Under the pieces are notes generated by a model. The model was not told the origin of the DNA and searched no databases. It saw only the letters and a list, made by a program, of their open reading frames with translations. Of a DNA stretch of 64,000 nt, positions 34,008-43,448 are shown piece after piece (positions within the stretch are counted from its first letter, which is position 1; each line of letters begins with the position of its first letter). Location: contig CAVPXI010000014.1 of assembly GCA_963709585.1 (NCBI GenBank), positions 428,897 through 492,896 of the forward strand, given 5' to 3'. Made by a program: the position numbers and the translations under genes. The stretch is from Candidatus Dormiibacterota bacterium. Lineage in GTDB: Bacteria > Chloroflexota > Dormibacteria > Aeolococcales > Aeolococcaceae.

Positions 34008-36245
34008 ATGCAATTCACTTTCTCACAGATGCGACCCTCGAGTTGGATAACTCCCGCCACGGCGGGGGACTCCACGAGTGACAGGCCGAGCCCTCCTGTC
34101 GAGCGAACTGAGGCACCCGACGCTGTGCTGGTTGGGCGTAGAACCACTGCTCCGATCGCTGCGGGGTCTCTCAAGGGCACTTCTCACAGACCGCGATTGA
34201 GCGTCATTGTGCCGGCTTATCACGACGGCGCGCGCATCGTTGACAACCTTCACCGCCTCGCGCAGGCGTTGGACGCCACCGGGATCACATGGGAGGCGAT
34301 TGTAGTCATCGATGGCGACGGTGAGACCGATCGTCACGCGCAATCTTGTGCTTCCGAGCGAATTCGAATCAAGAGCTACCCTCACAATCAGGGTAAGGGC
34401 TTCGCTCTTCGTTACGGAATTGCATTCGCGAAGGGGGAGTTGATCACGCTCATCAACTCCGACATGGAGATTGGCCCCGAGGAGATTGGGCGCATGGCAA
34501 GCCTGCTTCAACTCTACGATGCTGACATCGTAGTCGGCAGCAAGCGGCACCCACTGAGTTGCGTCTCGTATCCGCTGTTCCGGCGTTTCCAGTCATGGTG
34601 CTACCAGTGCCTGGTACGGGTGCTGTTCCGCGTAAAGGTTCGCGACACCCAGACTGGCCTCAAAATGATGCGGGCGGAGGTCGCGCAGCGCGTGCTTCGG
34701 GTCGCCCTCGTCAAGCGATTCGCATTCGATCTTGAGCTACTAGCCGTTGCCTCCCATTTCGGCTACCGCCGCATCATTGAAGCCCCGGTGGTAATCGACT
34801 ACAAGTTCTCCAGCAGCACTAATCTACGCGCAGCTTTTCTTGTGCTCTGGGACACGGCAGCAATCTTCTACAGACTTCACCTTCGAGGTACGTATGGGCC
34901 CAGCGGTGGCGCCACCGGAGCAACGATCTCGATCCTTTCCGGCGACGGCGCTACCGACACAGTGGAGCAGCTCGCTGAGCCACCCGCGCTCGACGAGAAG
35001 GCAGGCGCTCTCCGGGATACAGCCAAAGCCGCTGGTATCCTCACCGCCGCAGGTCTCGTCACCGGGCTGTCGAACTTTGCGTTCAACGTAGTCGTGGCTC
35101 GAATTGGCGGCCCGAATCGCTACGGCGCTATCGGCACGCTGCTTTCCCTCCTCACTGTCCTGTCGTTTCTTGCGATCGCGGCACAATTCGCAGTCGCACG
35201 AATCTCCGCCGTCACAGTCACGCCCAATGGCGTGATTCTCGCCCGCACCCTCCGGTCATACGCGCCCTGGTTGGCTATGGTAGTGCCAGTGGCGGCATTG
35301 GTCCCGCTTGCATCCCAATTCCTCCACGTGGGCAGCGATGCACCCGCCGCTCTCGCAGTCGCCACCCTGGTGGCAACAATTGTGGCGGCGGTGCCGACCG
35401 GCATTCTTCTCGGGCGAAGACGGTTCAAGCTCGTTGCGATTCTCTTGATTGCAAACGCCCTGGCGCGGTTACTCATGGGAGCGCTCCTACCAAGCATCCT
35501 CGATCCCGCCAGTGCAGCCCTCGTCGCGTCGCTGCTAGCAACATCCGCGCAAGGAGTGGTCGCCGTCATCCTAGTTCTCCGATCCAGCTCACAAGACGTG
35601 TCGCCCGCAACGGAGCAGACCGCCTTCACACGTGAGTCACGAGGCCTGCGTAGCGAGACTCTGGCAGGCGCAGCCGGCTCCATGGCCCTATGGGCTGTAT
35701 GGAGTGTGCCTCTCTTTGCAGCGCGGCACGCCCTGAGCGGTGTCGACTCCGGCCAGTTCGTTGCTGCCCAAGTCGTTGCCAGCTCCATTCTCTTCGCGAC
35801 TGCACCAGTCACGGCTGCGTTCTTCCCGGGGCTCGCAAGACGCCACGAGGGCAGTGCGGTCGCGGCAGGGATCGCCGCTATCGTCGTATTGGCGCTCGCC
35901 GCGACGGCTGGTTTGGTCGCATTTGGTCCATTCCTAATGGCTCACCTGTACGGGGCCCAGTTCCTACCGTCGCGCGAACTCCTCATGGCGCTGGGGTTGT
36001 CCGCGACCGTCGTGGCAGCTGCAACGTTTCTGCTCTGGGCCGCGCGAGCGATTCAGAAGCGGCGTGCACAGATAACGGTCATAGCTCTGGCGGCTCTCGT
36101 AATCGAGATCCCGCTAAGCGCACTTCTACATCCGACGTCGTGGGCTCTGGCGCTCGCGCCAGCTGCCGCTTTGAGCCTGACGGCTACTGCCGTCATCTGC
36201 TACGCCTTTACAACACAGGTGGTCCTGCGAGTCGCAAAGGCTTAG
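34008..36245 (+). CDS. GT2 (polyprenol-phosphate glycosyltransferase-like) fused to a Wzx/MOP-like flippase
   Basis: SVIVPAY, NQGKGFA, DTQTGLK and FAFDLELL motifs, then ~12 TM; GGAGG RBS. Confidence 0.82.
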   Translation: MQFTFSQMRPSSWITPATAGDSTSDRPSPPVERTEAPDAVLVGRRTTAPIAAGSLKGTSHRPRLSVIVPAYHDGARIVDNLHRLAQALDATGITWEAIVVIDGDGETDRHAQSCASERIRIKSYPHNQGKGFALRYGIAFAKGELITLINSDMEIGPEEIGRMASLLQLYDADIVVGSKRHPLSCVSYPLFRRFQSWCYQCLVRVLFRVKVRDTQTGLKMMRAEVAQRVLRVALVKRFAFDLELLAVASHFGYRRIIEAPVVIDYKFSSSTNLRAAFLVLWDTAAIFYRLHLRGTYGPSGGATGATISILSGDGATDTVEQLAEPPALDEKAGALRDTAKAAGILTAAGLVTGLSNFAFNVVVARIGGPNRYGAIGTLLSLLTVLSFLAIAAQFAVARISAVTVTPNGVILARTLRSYAPWLAMVVPVAALVPLASQFLHVGSDAPAALAVATLVATIVAAVPTGILLGRRRFKLVAILLIANALARLLMGALLPSILDPASAALVASLLATSAQGVVAVILVLRSSSQDVSPATEQTAFTRESRGLRSETLAGAAGSMALWAVWSVPLFAARHALSGVDSGQFVAAQVVASSILFATAPVTAAFFPGLARRHEGSAVAAGIAAIVVLALAATAGLVAFGPFLMAHLYGAQFLPSRELLMALGLSATVVAAATFLLWAARAIQKRRAQITVIALAALVIEIPLSALLHPTSWALALAPAAALSLTATAVICYAFTTQVVLRVAKA

Positions 36246-36394
36246 GGTGACCGGAGCCTCGGCCGGCGGCCGTGGCGGCCCATACCAGTCTGACACGGGA
36301 GGCTCGGCACTAGTGTCACGACGACCTCCGCCGCCGTGGGGGGCGATGCGCCCTCGTCGTGATGCTGGTCCTCGTCGACTGCCAGCATGAGACC

Positions 36395-37519
36395 GTGAAG
36401 GTACTCGTACTCAATTGGAAGGATCTCGGCGCACCCGACGCCGGCGGAGCCGAACTTTATGTGGGCCGGGTTATCGAAGCCTTGATTCGAGCCGGGCACC
36501 AGGTCACGGTATTCTCCCCGAAGGCGGTTCGTGGTGAGTTCGTCCGGACCGATCACGCCAACCACATCCGGCGCGGTAACCGATTTACTGTTTTTTGGTG
36601 GGCACTGCGACATCTGAGGTCAAAAGCAGGCTCCTATGATCGCGTCATCGAATCAGTTAGTACCAGACCCTTTCGCGCACACGCTGTTGTGGGTCCACGG
36701 GCTATCGCCTTGTATCATCAGGTGGCCGACGAGGTCTGGCTCCACGAGTATCCGCTGCCGATCGCACTCATCGGGCGCCATCTTGCCGAACCGCGATGGT
36801 TGCGCGGCATGCGCTCCGGACGCGTTGTAGCAGTGTCACGCTCGACCGCCGAGAGCCTGGAGCGCTACGGTATCCGTACTGAAGCGATCATACCGCCAGG
36901 CTGTGACCTCCCCAGCCCACGCTCTCGATTCGGGCCAGCCGAGAATCCCAGCATTGTTTTCATCGGGCGATTGGTTCGGACGAAGCGGGTCGAGGATGCG
37001 GTCGAAGCCTTCTCAAGGATTCGATCAGCCATCCCTAGCGCTCATCTACACGTCATCGGCACAGGCTACCTGCAAGCTAAGCTTGAATCTGCTGCGTGGC
37101 CTGGGGTGACGATACACGGATATATCAGCGAAGCCGCAAAGAACGCAGTGCTTGAAGACGCGGACGTGCTGCTCTTCCCCGCTACAAGGGAGGGCTGGGG
37201 CATCGTAGCCATTGAAGCCGCAGCCCACGGTGTTCCTACAGTTGCGTATGACGTGCCGGGGGTACGCGACGCAGTCGAGGCCGGAGTTAGCGGCGAGCTC
37301 ACGCGCTGCGATCCAGCGGCTCTGGCTGATGCAGCCATTCGTTTGCTACGCGACGGCGATCGATGGCGCGCCCTCTCCTTGGGGGCTCGATGCCGTGCCG
37401 AAGCTCACACGTGGGAGACAACGACCGACGCTATTCTCCATCTGCTCGAGGCTGCGTCTCCCCCCGCATCGACGTCAACGTTTTCCTTAAGCCACACGAC
37501 AACGCGATCAAGGCAATGA
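36395..37519 (+). CDS. GT4 glycosyltransferase (Rv0225-like)
   Basis: LNWKD...AGGAE, GRLVRTKR and EGWGIVAIEA motifs. Confidence 0.9.
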   Translation: MKVLVLNWKDLGAPDAGGAELYVGRVIEALIRAGHQVTVFSPKAVRGEFVRTDHANHIRRGNRFTVFWWALRHLRSKAGSYDRVIESVSTRPFRAHAVVGPRAIALYHQVADEVWLHEYPLPIALIGRHLAEPRWLRGMRSGRVVAVSRSTAESLERYGIRTEAIIPPGCDLPSPRSRFGPAENPSIVFIGRLVRTKRVEDAVEAFSRIRSAIPSAHLHVIGTGYLQAKLESAAWPGVTIHGYISEAAKNAVLEDADVLLFPATREGWGIVAIEAAAHGVPTVAYDVPGVRDAVEAGVSGELTRCDPAALADAAIRLLRDGDRWRALSLGARCRAEAHTWETTTDAILHLLEAASPPASTSTFSLSHTTTRSRQ

Positions 37520-37598
37520 ATCGGCTCCGTTCCGACCGGGTAAGCCGTAGGGTCTGCCCAAGTTCTCACGAATTTAGCTTGACCAGGGGCCTGACGGG

Positions 37599-40500
37599 AT
37601 GCCCAACCAATGGCCATCACCAAAGTGGGTACCAGCCGATCGACGCGGGATCGCTGTCAGTCTGCCGCTGGGTGCAAAGGAAGCAGCTGCCGCGCGAGGC
37701 GGCCCGACCGTGAAGGTAGTCAAACCTTGGGTAGCAAATCAACGGAGAGGCCAACCGCCAAGCCGCGCCGTCGTCACAACTTTTCATGACTCTGGCGGAC
37801 AAATCCGGCCGCGAATCCGGCGTCATAAACGCCGGCAGGCCCTCATTGCGCGGCGTACTCAGCGCTCCTCGCTCTGGGCATATCCCGACACGCTGAGACG
37901 CGCGCGACGCTGGGCAACTGGATTGGGCTTGGGAGCGCTTGGACTTTTGAGTATAGCAAGCAATCCTTCAGCTGCCGCCGCCCTAGCGATGATCGCGTTT
38001 CTACTCCTGGCAGCCGCCGCGGCCTGTCTGCTCACGGAGCTAGTAGCCTCTCGACGCTACGCAACCGTACAGCCGTTGATACGGCCGGCGACCGCTACCT
38101 CACGCGAATGGGCACTCGCATTCGCGATAACTGCACTAACAAGTGGCGGTATGGTCCAAACGTGGTTCCATCCGGGAACGGTGATCGCCGGGGGCGATGT
38201 GACGCCTCCGGTCGGCAGTTTAAACTTCGCGAACGTATTCAGCTCCTGGCTGCCAGGCAACCTCGGAGCACCGAATAGTCGCGCCGGTGAATTCCCGTCT
38301 ACTGCGATTGTTGGCCTAATAAGTCACACGCTCGGTGATACTGGCCTCGGTCAGAGAGTATTTTACACGCTCCTGTTCGTGGGCGCGGGCGCCTCTGCCC
38401 TGGCCCTCTTGCGTGTTCTAGGCGTTCGTCCCGTGCCGGCGACCGTCGGCGCTCTTCTGTACATCCTGAACCCCTACGTCTTGAGTGAGGTCGGGTTCAA
38501 TCCGGTATTCATAGCGGCGCTGGTGCTGCTCCCGGCACTACCCGCCTGTATTCTTGCCGCTGGTCGCAATAGTCTCCCGTGGTATGTGGCGATCTGCCTG
38601 TTGGGGCTTAGCGCCCCGCTGGTTGGATATGCATACGAGAACCCGCCACTGGTATTGATGCTTATCGCGGCCATCTTCGCTGCGCCGACACTTGGGCTGG
38701 CGCTATATGGTCGGCAGGTGGCCCAACGCTCGCTGATCGTTGCGGCCGCTGGGGGGTCGGTGATGCTAGCCGCCTCGGCATACTGGATCGTTCCTTCGGT
38801 ATTCCAGCTTCACGACGTGGCCAGCTCTCAGTTGTCAACCCTGAGCGCGTGGTCGTGGACCGAGCAACGAGCCACATTGGCCAACGCCTTCTGGCTCAAC
38901 ACGATCTGGTCTTGGAACTTTGCGGAATATCTGCCCATCGCGAGTGCCTACAGTGCGTTTCCCCTGTCACTCGCACGCTTTCTCCTTCCCATAACGGCGT
39001 TTGCGGCTCTCGGCCTCGCTCGTACTGACGGCGACTTCAATCGACGCGCGGCCACAATCGCCGCAGGGACCGCGCTCGGGGCGTTGATTCTTGTTCTGTT
39101 TAGCACCGGGACGAACCTTCCTGGATCAATAGTCTTCGATCCCCTATATTCCCTCCCCCTCGGTTGGCTATTGCGTGAGCCGGGACGCTTCCTGATGGCA
39201 GCTGCCCTTGGTTACTCCATCCTCGCTGTGCTGACCATCGGCATGGTCGGCGACCGCCTGGGGTTCATACTGCTAGGCCGCTTCGCGAAGCTCCGCCTGG
39301 CAGCGCGACAGCGTCCGTTTCGAATCCTTGGCGCCATGGCAATAGCTAGCGGCGCCCTTGTCGTAGGCGGCGTGGCGTCATTCCCCATCGCAAACGGCGA
39401 GGTGGTTCCAGACAACCGCCCGCTGCTTCCGCCTCTTCATGTTTCGGTACCCAGCTACTGGCCCGAAATGGCAGCGGCGATAGATTCTTCGCCAGCCTCA
39501 GGTTCAGTGGTTGTCTTGCCTGAGGACGACTTCTATCAGATGCCGTACACGTGGGGCTTTTATGGTGACGACGGATTCATCTCGCAGCTCATTACCCGTC
39601 CCGTCATCGATCCTGTCGCGGATGGCTATGCACCGGCGCCACCGCAACTGCGCTCAGCCGTCTCATTACTGTCGCAGTCACTGCTCGACCAAAATGCTTC
39701 GGAAACTCTCCGCCTGATGGATATTCTTCGCGCGCGCTTCGTTCTCGTTCGCGATGACATCGACGCGTCGTTCCCTGGGCGAGACATTACACCACCTGCC
39801 ACTTTAGACACGGCGCTTGGGCACAGCCTTAACTTCAGGCTCGTCCGCCGCATCGGCGAACTCGCCCTATATCAACTGACGAGTACGCTGCCCCCACTCC
39901 TCGCCCACAACGTAGACGCGGTCACGATCAACGGTCCCACACCGGACTTACGTCTACTTCAGGTGCTCGCGGCTGACCAAGCGATCGTAAACTCGCGCCC
40001 GATGGCTGGGGTTCCGAGCATCACACAGCTGGATTTGGGGGCCTGGAACCAAACGCCCGGACACCTACACGAAACATTCACGGAATCGGCTGATCGTACA
40101 TACCACCTGATCCTTCTGAGTGGCAACCGTGCAGCTAGCGTCGTTCCTGCCGCCGCCAACACGCTCAACGTCACGGGTCTCGCTGTTGGTGAATCGGTGG
40201 CCGGGAGTGGAACCAAGACCCTCACGCTGAACCTACCTACAGGTCCCAACATGCTCGGGACGCAGACATTCGGCGCGGGCTGGGCGCTCGGCGATTGCAA
40301 CGACGTCCTGCCCATCACGCAGACAGGCATCAGCAGCTCCGTCCTGCCGAAAGCTGGGCCACTGGGAAGTGAAGCGGTCGAACTTCGTGCGAACCTCGAT
40401 ATCGGATGTATGTCCAGGGGCTTGAGCGACGTAGCGCCGGGCGCATCGATGATGATATCCCTCTACGTCCGGCACATCAGCGGAGCGCCCCCACGGCTAT

Positions 40501-41015
40501 GCCTCTGGCAGATCGACGTGAACTCGTGCGCTCCGCTACCCGATCTGCCGCTAAGCGGCACGTGGCAGCGTTATGTTGCCGTCGTGCAGCCTCCGCCGCA
40601 GGTTCACTCCTTCGCTCTGTACCTCTATGCAGATAGTGACCCGTCGTCCACCCGGACAGTCAACGATTACTCGGACGTTAACATCGTCCAGATCTCTGGT
40701 GCCTATGACTTTGCGCTCTTAGGGCAACCGATCCGGCCGGACAGCTCCGTTGCGCTTGACGTCCTTCACCAGAACAGCAACTCGCAGTGGATCGGGACTC
40801 CGACTGATGAAGGTCGCACTACCGTCGATGGCCTGCTGCTTGGCTGGATCCGACCAGCGAGCGATCAGGTCGCCAATGTCCGATATACGCCTGCTGCCAC
40901 CGTCGCGCTGGCTCAGGTCATTTCCATTTCTGCAATCTCAGCGAGCGTCTGCCTAGCCATCGCAACTTTTGCCACCATCAGATGGATGTCACGGCGCCTG
41001 CGCCACCGAAAGTGA
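37599..41015 (+). CDS. Large GT-C membrane protein, AftD/DUF3367-like, with a C-terminal carbohydrate-binding-like domain (start uncertain)
   Basis: GGD early loop; LYILNPY, LREPGRF, VPSYW, VVVLP..Y.WG and FVLVRDD motifs; about 13 TM plus a C-terminal anchor. Confidence 0.7.
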   Translation: MPNQWPSPKWVPADRRGIAVSLPLGAKEAAAARGGPTVKVVKPWVANQRRGQPPSRAVVTTFHDSGGQIRPRIRRHKRRQALIARRTQRSSLWAYPDTLRRARRWATGLGLGALGLLSIASNPSAAAALAMIAFLLLAAAAACLLTELVASRRYATVQPLIRPATATSREWALAFAITALTSGGMVQTWFHPGTVIAGGDVTPPVGSLNFANVFSSWLPGNLGAPNSRAGEFPSTAIVGLISHTLGDTGLGQRVFYTLLFVGAGASALALLRVLGVRPVPATVGALLYILNPYVLSEVGFNPVFIAALVLLPALPACILAAGRNSLPWYVAICLLGLSAPLVGYAYENPPLVLMLIAAIFAAPTLGLALYGRQVAQRSLIVAAAGGSVMLAASAYWIVPSVFQLHDVASSQLSTLSAWSWTEQRATLANAFWLNTIWSWNFAEYLPIASAYSAFPLSLARFLLPITAFAALGLARTDGDFNRRAATIAAGTALGALILVLFSTGTNLPGSIVFDPLYSLPLGWLLREPGRFLMAAALGYSILAVLTIGMVGDRLGFILLGRFAKLRLAARQRPFRILGAMAIASGALVVGGVASFPIANGEVVPDNRPLLPPLHVSVPSYWPEMAAAIDSSPASGSVVVLPEDDFYQMPYTWGFYGDDGFISQLITRPVIDPVADGYAPAPPQLRSAVSLLSQSLLDQNASETLRLMDILRARFVLVRDDIDASFPGRDITPPATLDTALGHSLNFRLVRRIGELALYQLTSTLPPLLAHNVDAVTINGPTPDLRLLQVLAADQAIVNSRPMAGVPSITQLDLGAWNQTPGHLHETFTESADRTYHLILLSGNRAASVVPAAANTLNVTGLAVGESVAGSGTKTLTLNLPTGPNMLGTQTFGAGWALGDCNDVLPITQTGISSSVLPKAGPLGSEAVELRANLDIGCMSRGLSDVAPGASMMISLYVRHISGAPPRLCLWQIDVNSCAPLPDLPLSGTWQRYVAVVQPPPQVHSFALYLYADSDPSSTRTVNDYSDVNIVQISGAYDFALLGQPIRPDSSVALDVLHQNSNSQWIGTPTDEGRTTVDGLLLGWIRPASDQVANVRYTPAATVALAQVISISAISASVCLAIATFATIRWMSRRLRHRK

Positions 41016-41290
41016 GCTCTTGTCAATTCTTGTGGAAATTCTTCTAGGCGAGTCGGTGAATTGAGCTACGCGGCGACACCCTCCATGTTCGGTTGACGTT
41101 GCAGCTTGCCGTCGACGAAGCGTTCGCCGGCGAGCAGGAGGAGGAGTTGGTTGGGGCCGTTGATTGCACGCCAATCAGGCTCAGCCGGGTGACCAACCTG
41201 GAGACCAGGTAGAGCGCGTTCTCGCGCACCCGCATGCGCTTGGCCCCGTTGGTGCGCAGGCGCACGCCGGAGAAGATGCTCTCGAGGCAG
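41014..41290 (-). mobile_element. IS256-family remnant: transposase C-terminus plus probable right terminal repeat (41014-41036)
   Basis: LESIFSGVRLRT...WRAINGPNQL..GERFVDGKL..AA* followed by TCCACAAGAATTGACAAGAGCTC. Confidence 0.7.
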
Positions 41291-41554
41291 GGCGCTGGTG
41301 GCAACGCGGAGTGATGATCCTCGGCCAGGAGGAGAGGGTCGCGTTGGCGCCCTGGTGGCGGTAACGCCCGGCCGCAACAAGCGACGGCAGCCCGGTTCGC
41401 GGGGCGCCGAACAGCGGGTGCAGTATCTCCGAGGCGTCGGGTGCGTGCTGGCCGGGTAGCTGCGCGCCCGGGCGCCCACCTCCGGCACGGGTGCGGCGCC
41501 GCTCCGCCATTGCCCGGACGTACACGGCAGCACAGAAAGGTCCGGGGTAGGGAG

Positions 41555-42370
41555 CTACGGCGTCGGTGGGCGCATCGCCGCGAAGTAGCCACGCAGCCCG
41601 CTCGCCTCTGGGTCTAAGCGAACCTCGAAACCCGCACTTTCAAGCATCCGCTTCAGATCCGACGGCCCACGGTGGTCCACCGTTTCGAACTCACCGACGA
41701 TCCGGGCGATGTGCGGCAGAACTTCAAATGAGCCTTCGAAGATGTCGTACTCGGACCCCTCGCAGTCGACCTTTAGTACGTCCACGCGTTCGAAGCCATG
41801 CCTGCGGAGGACATCGGACAGTGTCTGCACGGGTACCTCGAGACCGGGGCCGCCCGCCCGCACCCGTCCGGTGACCGTGGCACCCGATGTGTCAAGCACA
41901 GCGGTGCCGCGCTCGCGTCCTAGCGCCACCGCCTCGACGATGATGCGATCCTCTAGGCCGTTCCGCGCTATGTTGGCGCGGAGTAACCGTGCCGCATCCC
42001 GCGACGGCTCGACTGCGAGAATGCGGGCGTTGGGCGCCTAACTCGCGTACCACAACGTTGCCATTCCGACGTTGGCTCCAATGTCGACAATGGTGCGCAC
42101 GGTCGACCAATCGAGACCGGGGATGTCGTACGAGAGCGTCACGAACACTTCGAGAAAGGGCGCGAACTCATCGGCGCGGCACTCGATCTCCATCCCGTTG
42201 CGCACCTGCAGCAGCATCCGGCGTCGGGAAAGCCGGCTGCGCATGAGGAGGTTGTTGGGTGGGAGATAGCGGTTGGGGGACACCAGCGATCCAAGCGGCG
42301 CGACAGTGGGCCAGTTGCGGAGCTGCCGTCGCGTGTCGTGGAAGAGCGTCCTGAGGTTGTGGATCTGCAT
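41555..42370 (-). CDS. FkbM-family methyltransferase; in-frame TAG at 42038-42040, probably a miscalled CAG
   Basis: IVDIGANVG, AVEP and LKVDCEGSE motifs; both halves in the same frame. Confidence 0.85.
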
Positions 42371-42665
42371 GTCGAGCCCCGTGTCTTACGCTACCCGGGA
42401 CGGCGGGCGGAAGGCCTTTGCCCCGCCAGGCAGCCTCGGCGCAGTGCCCGGATACGAATGCTGCGGTGGACGAGTCGGAGGCTTGGCACGGTTACGGTCC
42501 TTCCAGGTGCGGTCCGCGGACGCTGACACGAGTCTACTCAACGCGCGGTGGGGCTTGTCGCTCGGGAACTCCCTGCGGCGCGTCCACGCCCGCCGGGTCG
42601 AGGCGCATCGCGTTAGAAGTCATTCGCATGACCGTCGTTGCTGGCCCAACAGGAATCTGCCTTAG

Positions 42666-43050
42666 TTGACCGCGTCCCGTCGGCGTGGTGGGCATCACGC
42701 TCAAAGCGAAGAGGACCGTTGCCAGATGTCTTCGCTCTCTTCACGCACCAACCATTTCGTCAACGCTCTTGGTGGTCGACCACTTCTCGACCGACAGTAC
42801 CCCAGATATCGCTCGCCGGATGGCTGATGTGGTGCTCGGCGGGCTGCCCGGGCTGACGACGCCTCCGCCCTTCTTTCGGCACAGCGCAACTTCGGAGCCG
42901 CACATCTCGATACCGACAGTCGCATAACATTGGATCGACCTTGCTTGCGGAGGCCGTGGCTTCTCATGTACCCACACCCGTGGAAAGGAGCATGCCTCTT
43001 CGCGCTCAACGGCGGTGAGACACTGGCCGTCCTTCTCAAGGTCGTCCAAA
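42666..43050 (+). pseudogene. Internally deleted, decayed copy of the GT2 at 46072-46914
   Basis: Shares CLRSL..DxFSTD.T.DIARR.ADVV..GLTTPPPFF and DRP..RRPWLL.YP.PWKGACL; the central part including DAD is missing. Confidence 0.85.
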
Positions 43051-43448
43051 CATCGCTGTCGGCGGACATTGCCAACGCGAGGCGCTCGGCACCGGTAAGT
43101 CAACGCGTCTTGTCCGGGCAGCCGCGCGTCTGAACGACCGCCCGTCAGATGAGAACCTGGAGCTGATCCATGGCCAGCAACCTTTGAGATGCCTGGCCGC
43201 CCGTCAAAGAGGCGACCGTCGATCGGGCTGCGGACGTAACCGCGTCACACGCGTGGAACCCGCCACTCGATTCATAGGAGGGATCCGGTACCATTCCCGC
43301 ATTGTGGTGTGCGCCCGATCGGGCGCTTGGACAGAGGCCGAAGCGTTTCAGGGAAAGGAGGCTATGTGGGGGTAGCGCGGCGTGTCTCCCACCCTGCGTG
43401 CGCCCTCACTCCGCGGGAGCAGTTGCGCCGAGTGCCGGGTCACTAGAG

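Noticed and set aside
34452-34463. Inactive GT2 because of NxD instead of DxD
   Set aside because: AACTC is best explained as miscalled GACTC, which restores DSD
42038-42040. Amber readthrough or pyrrolysine in FkbM
   Set aside because: No pyl genes seen; other genes end in TAG; the context GAGTT matches the C>T miscall pattern
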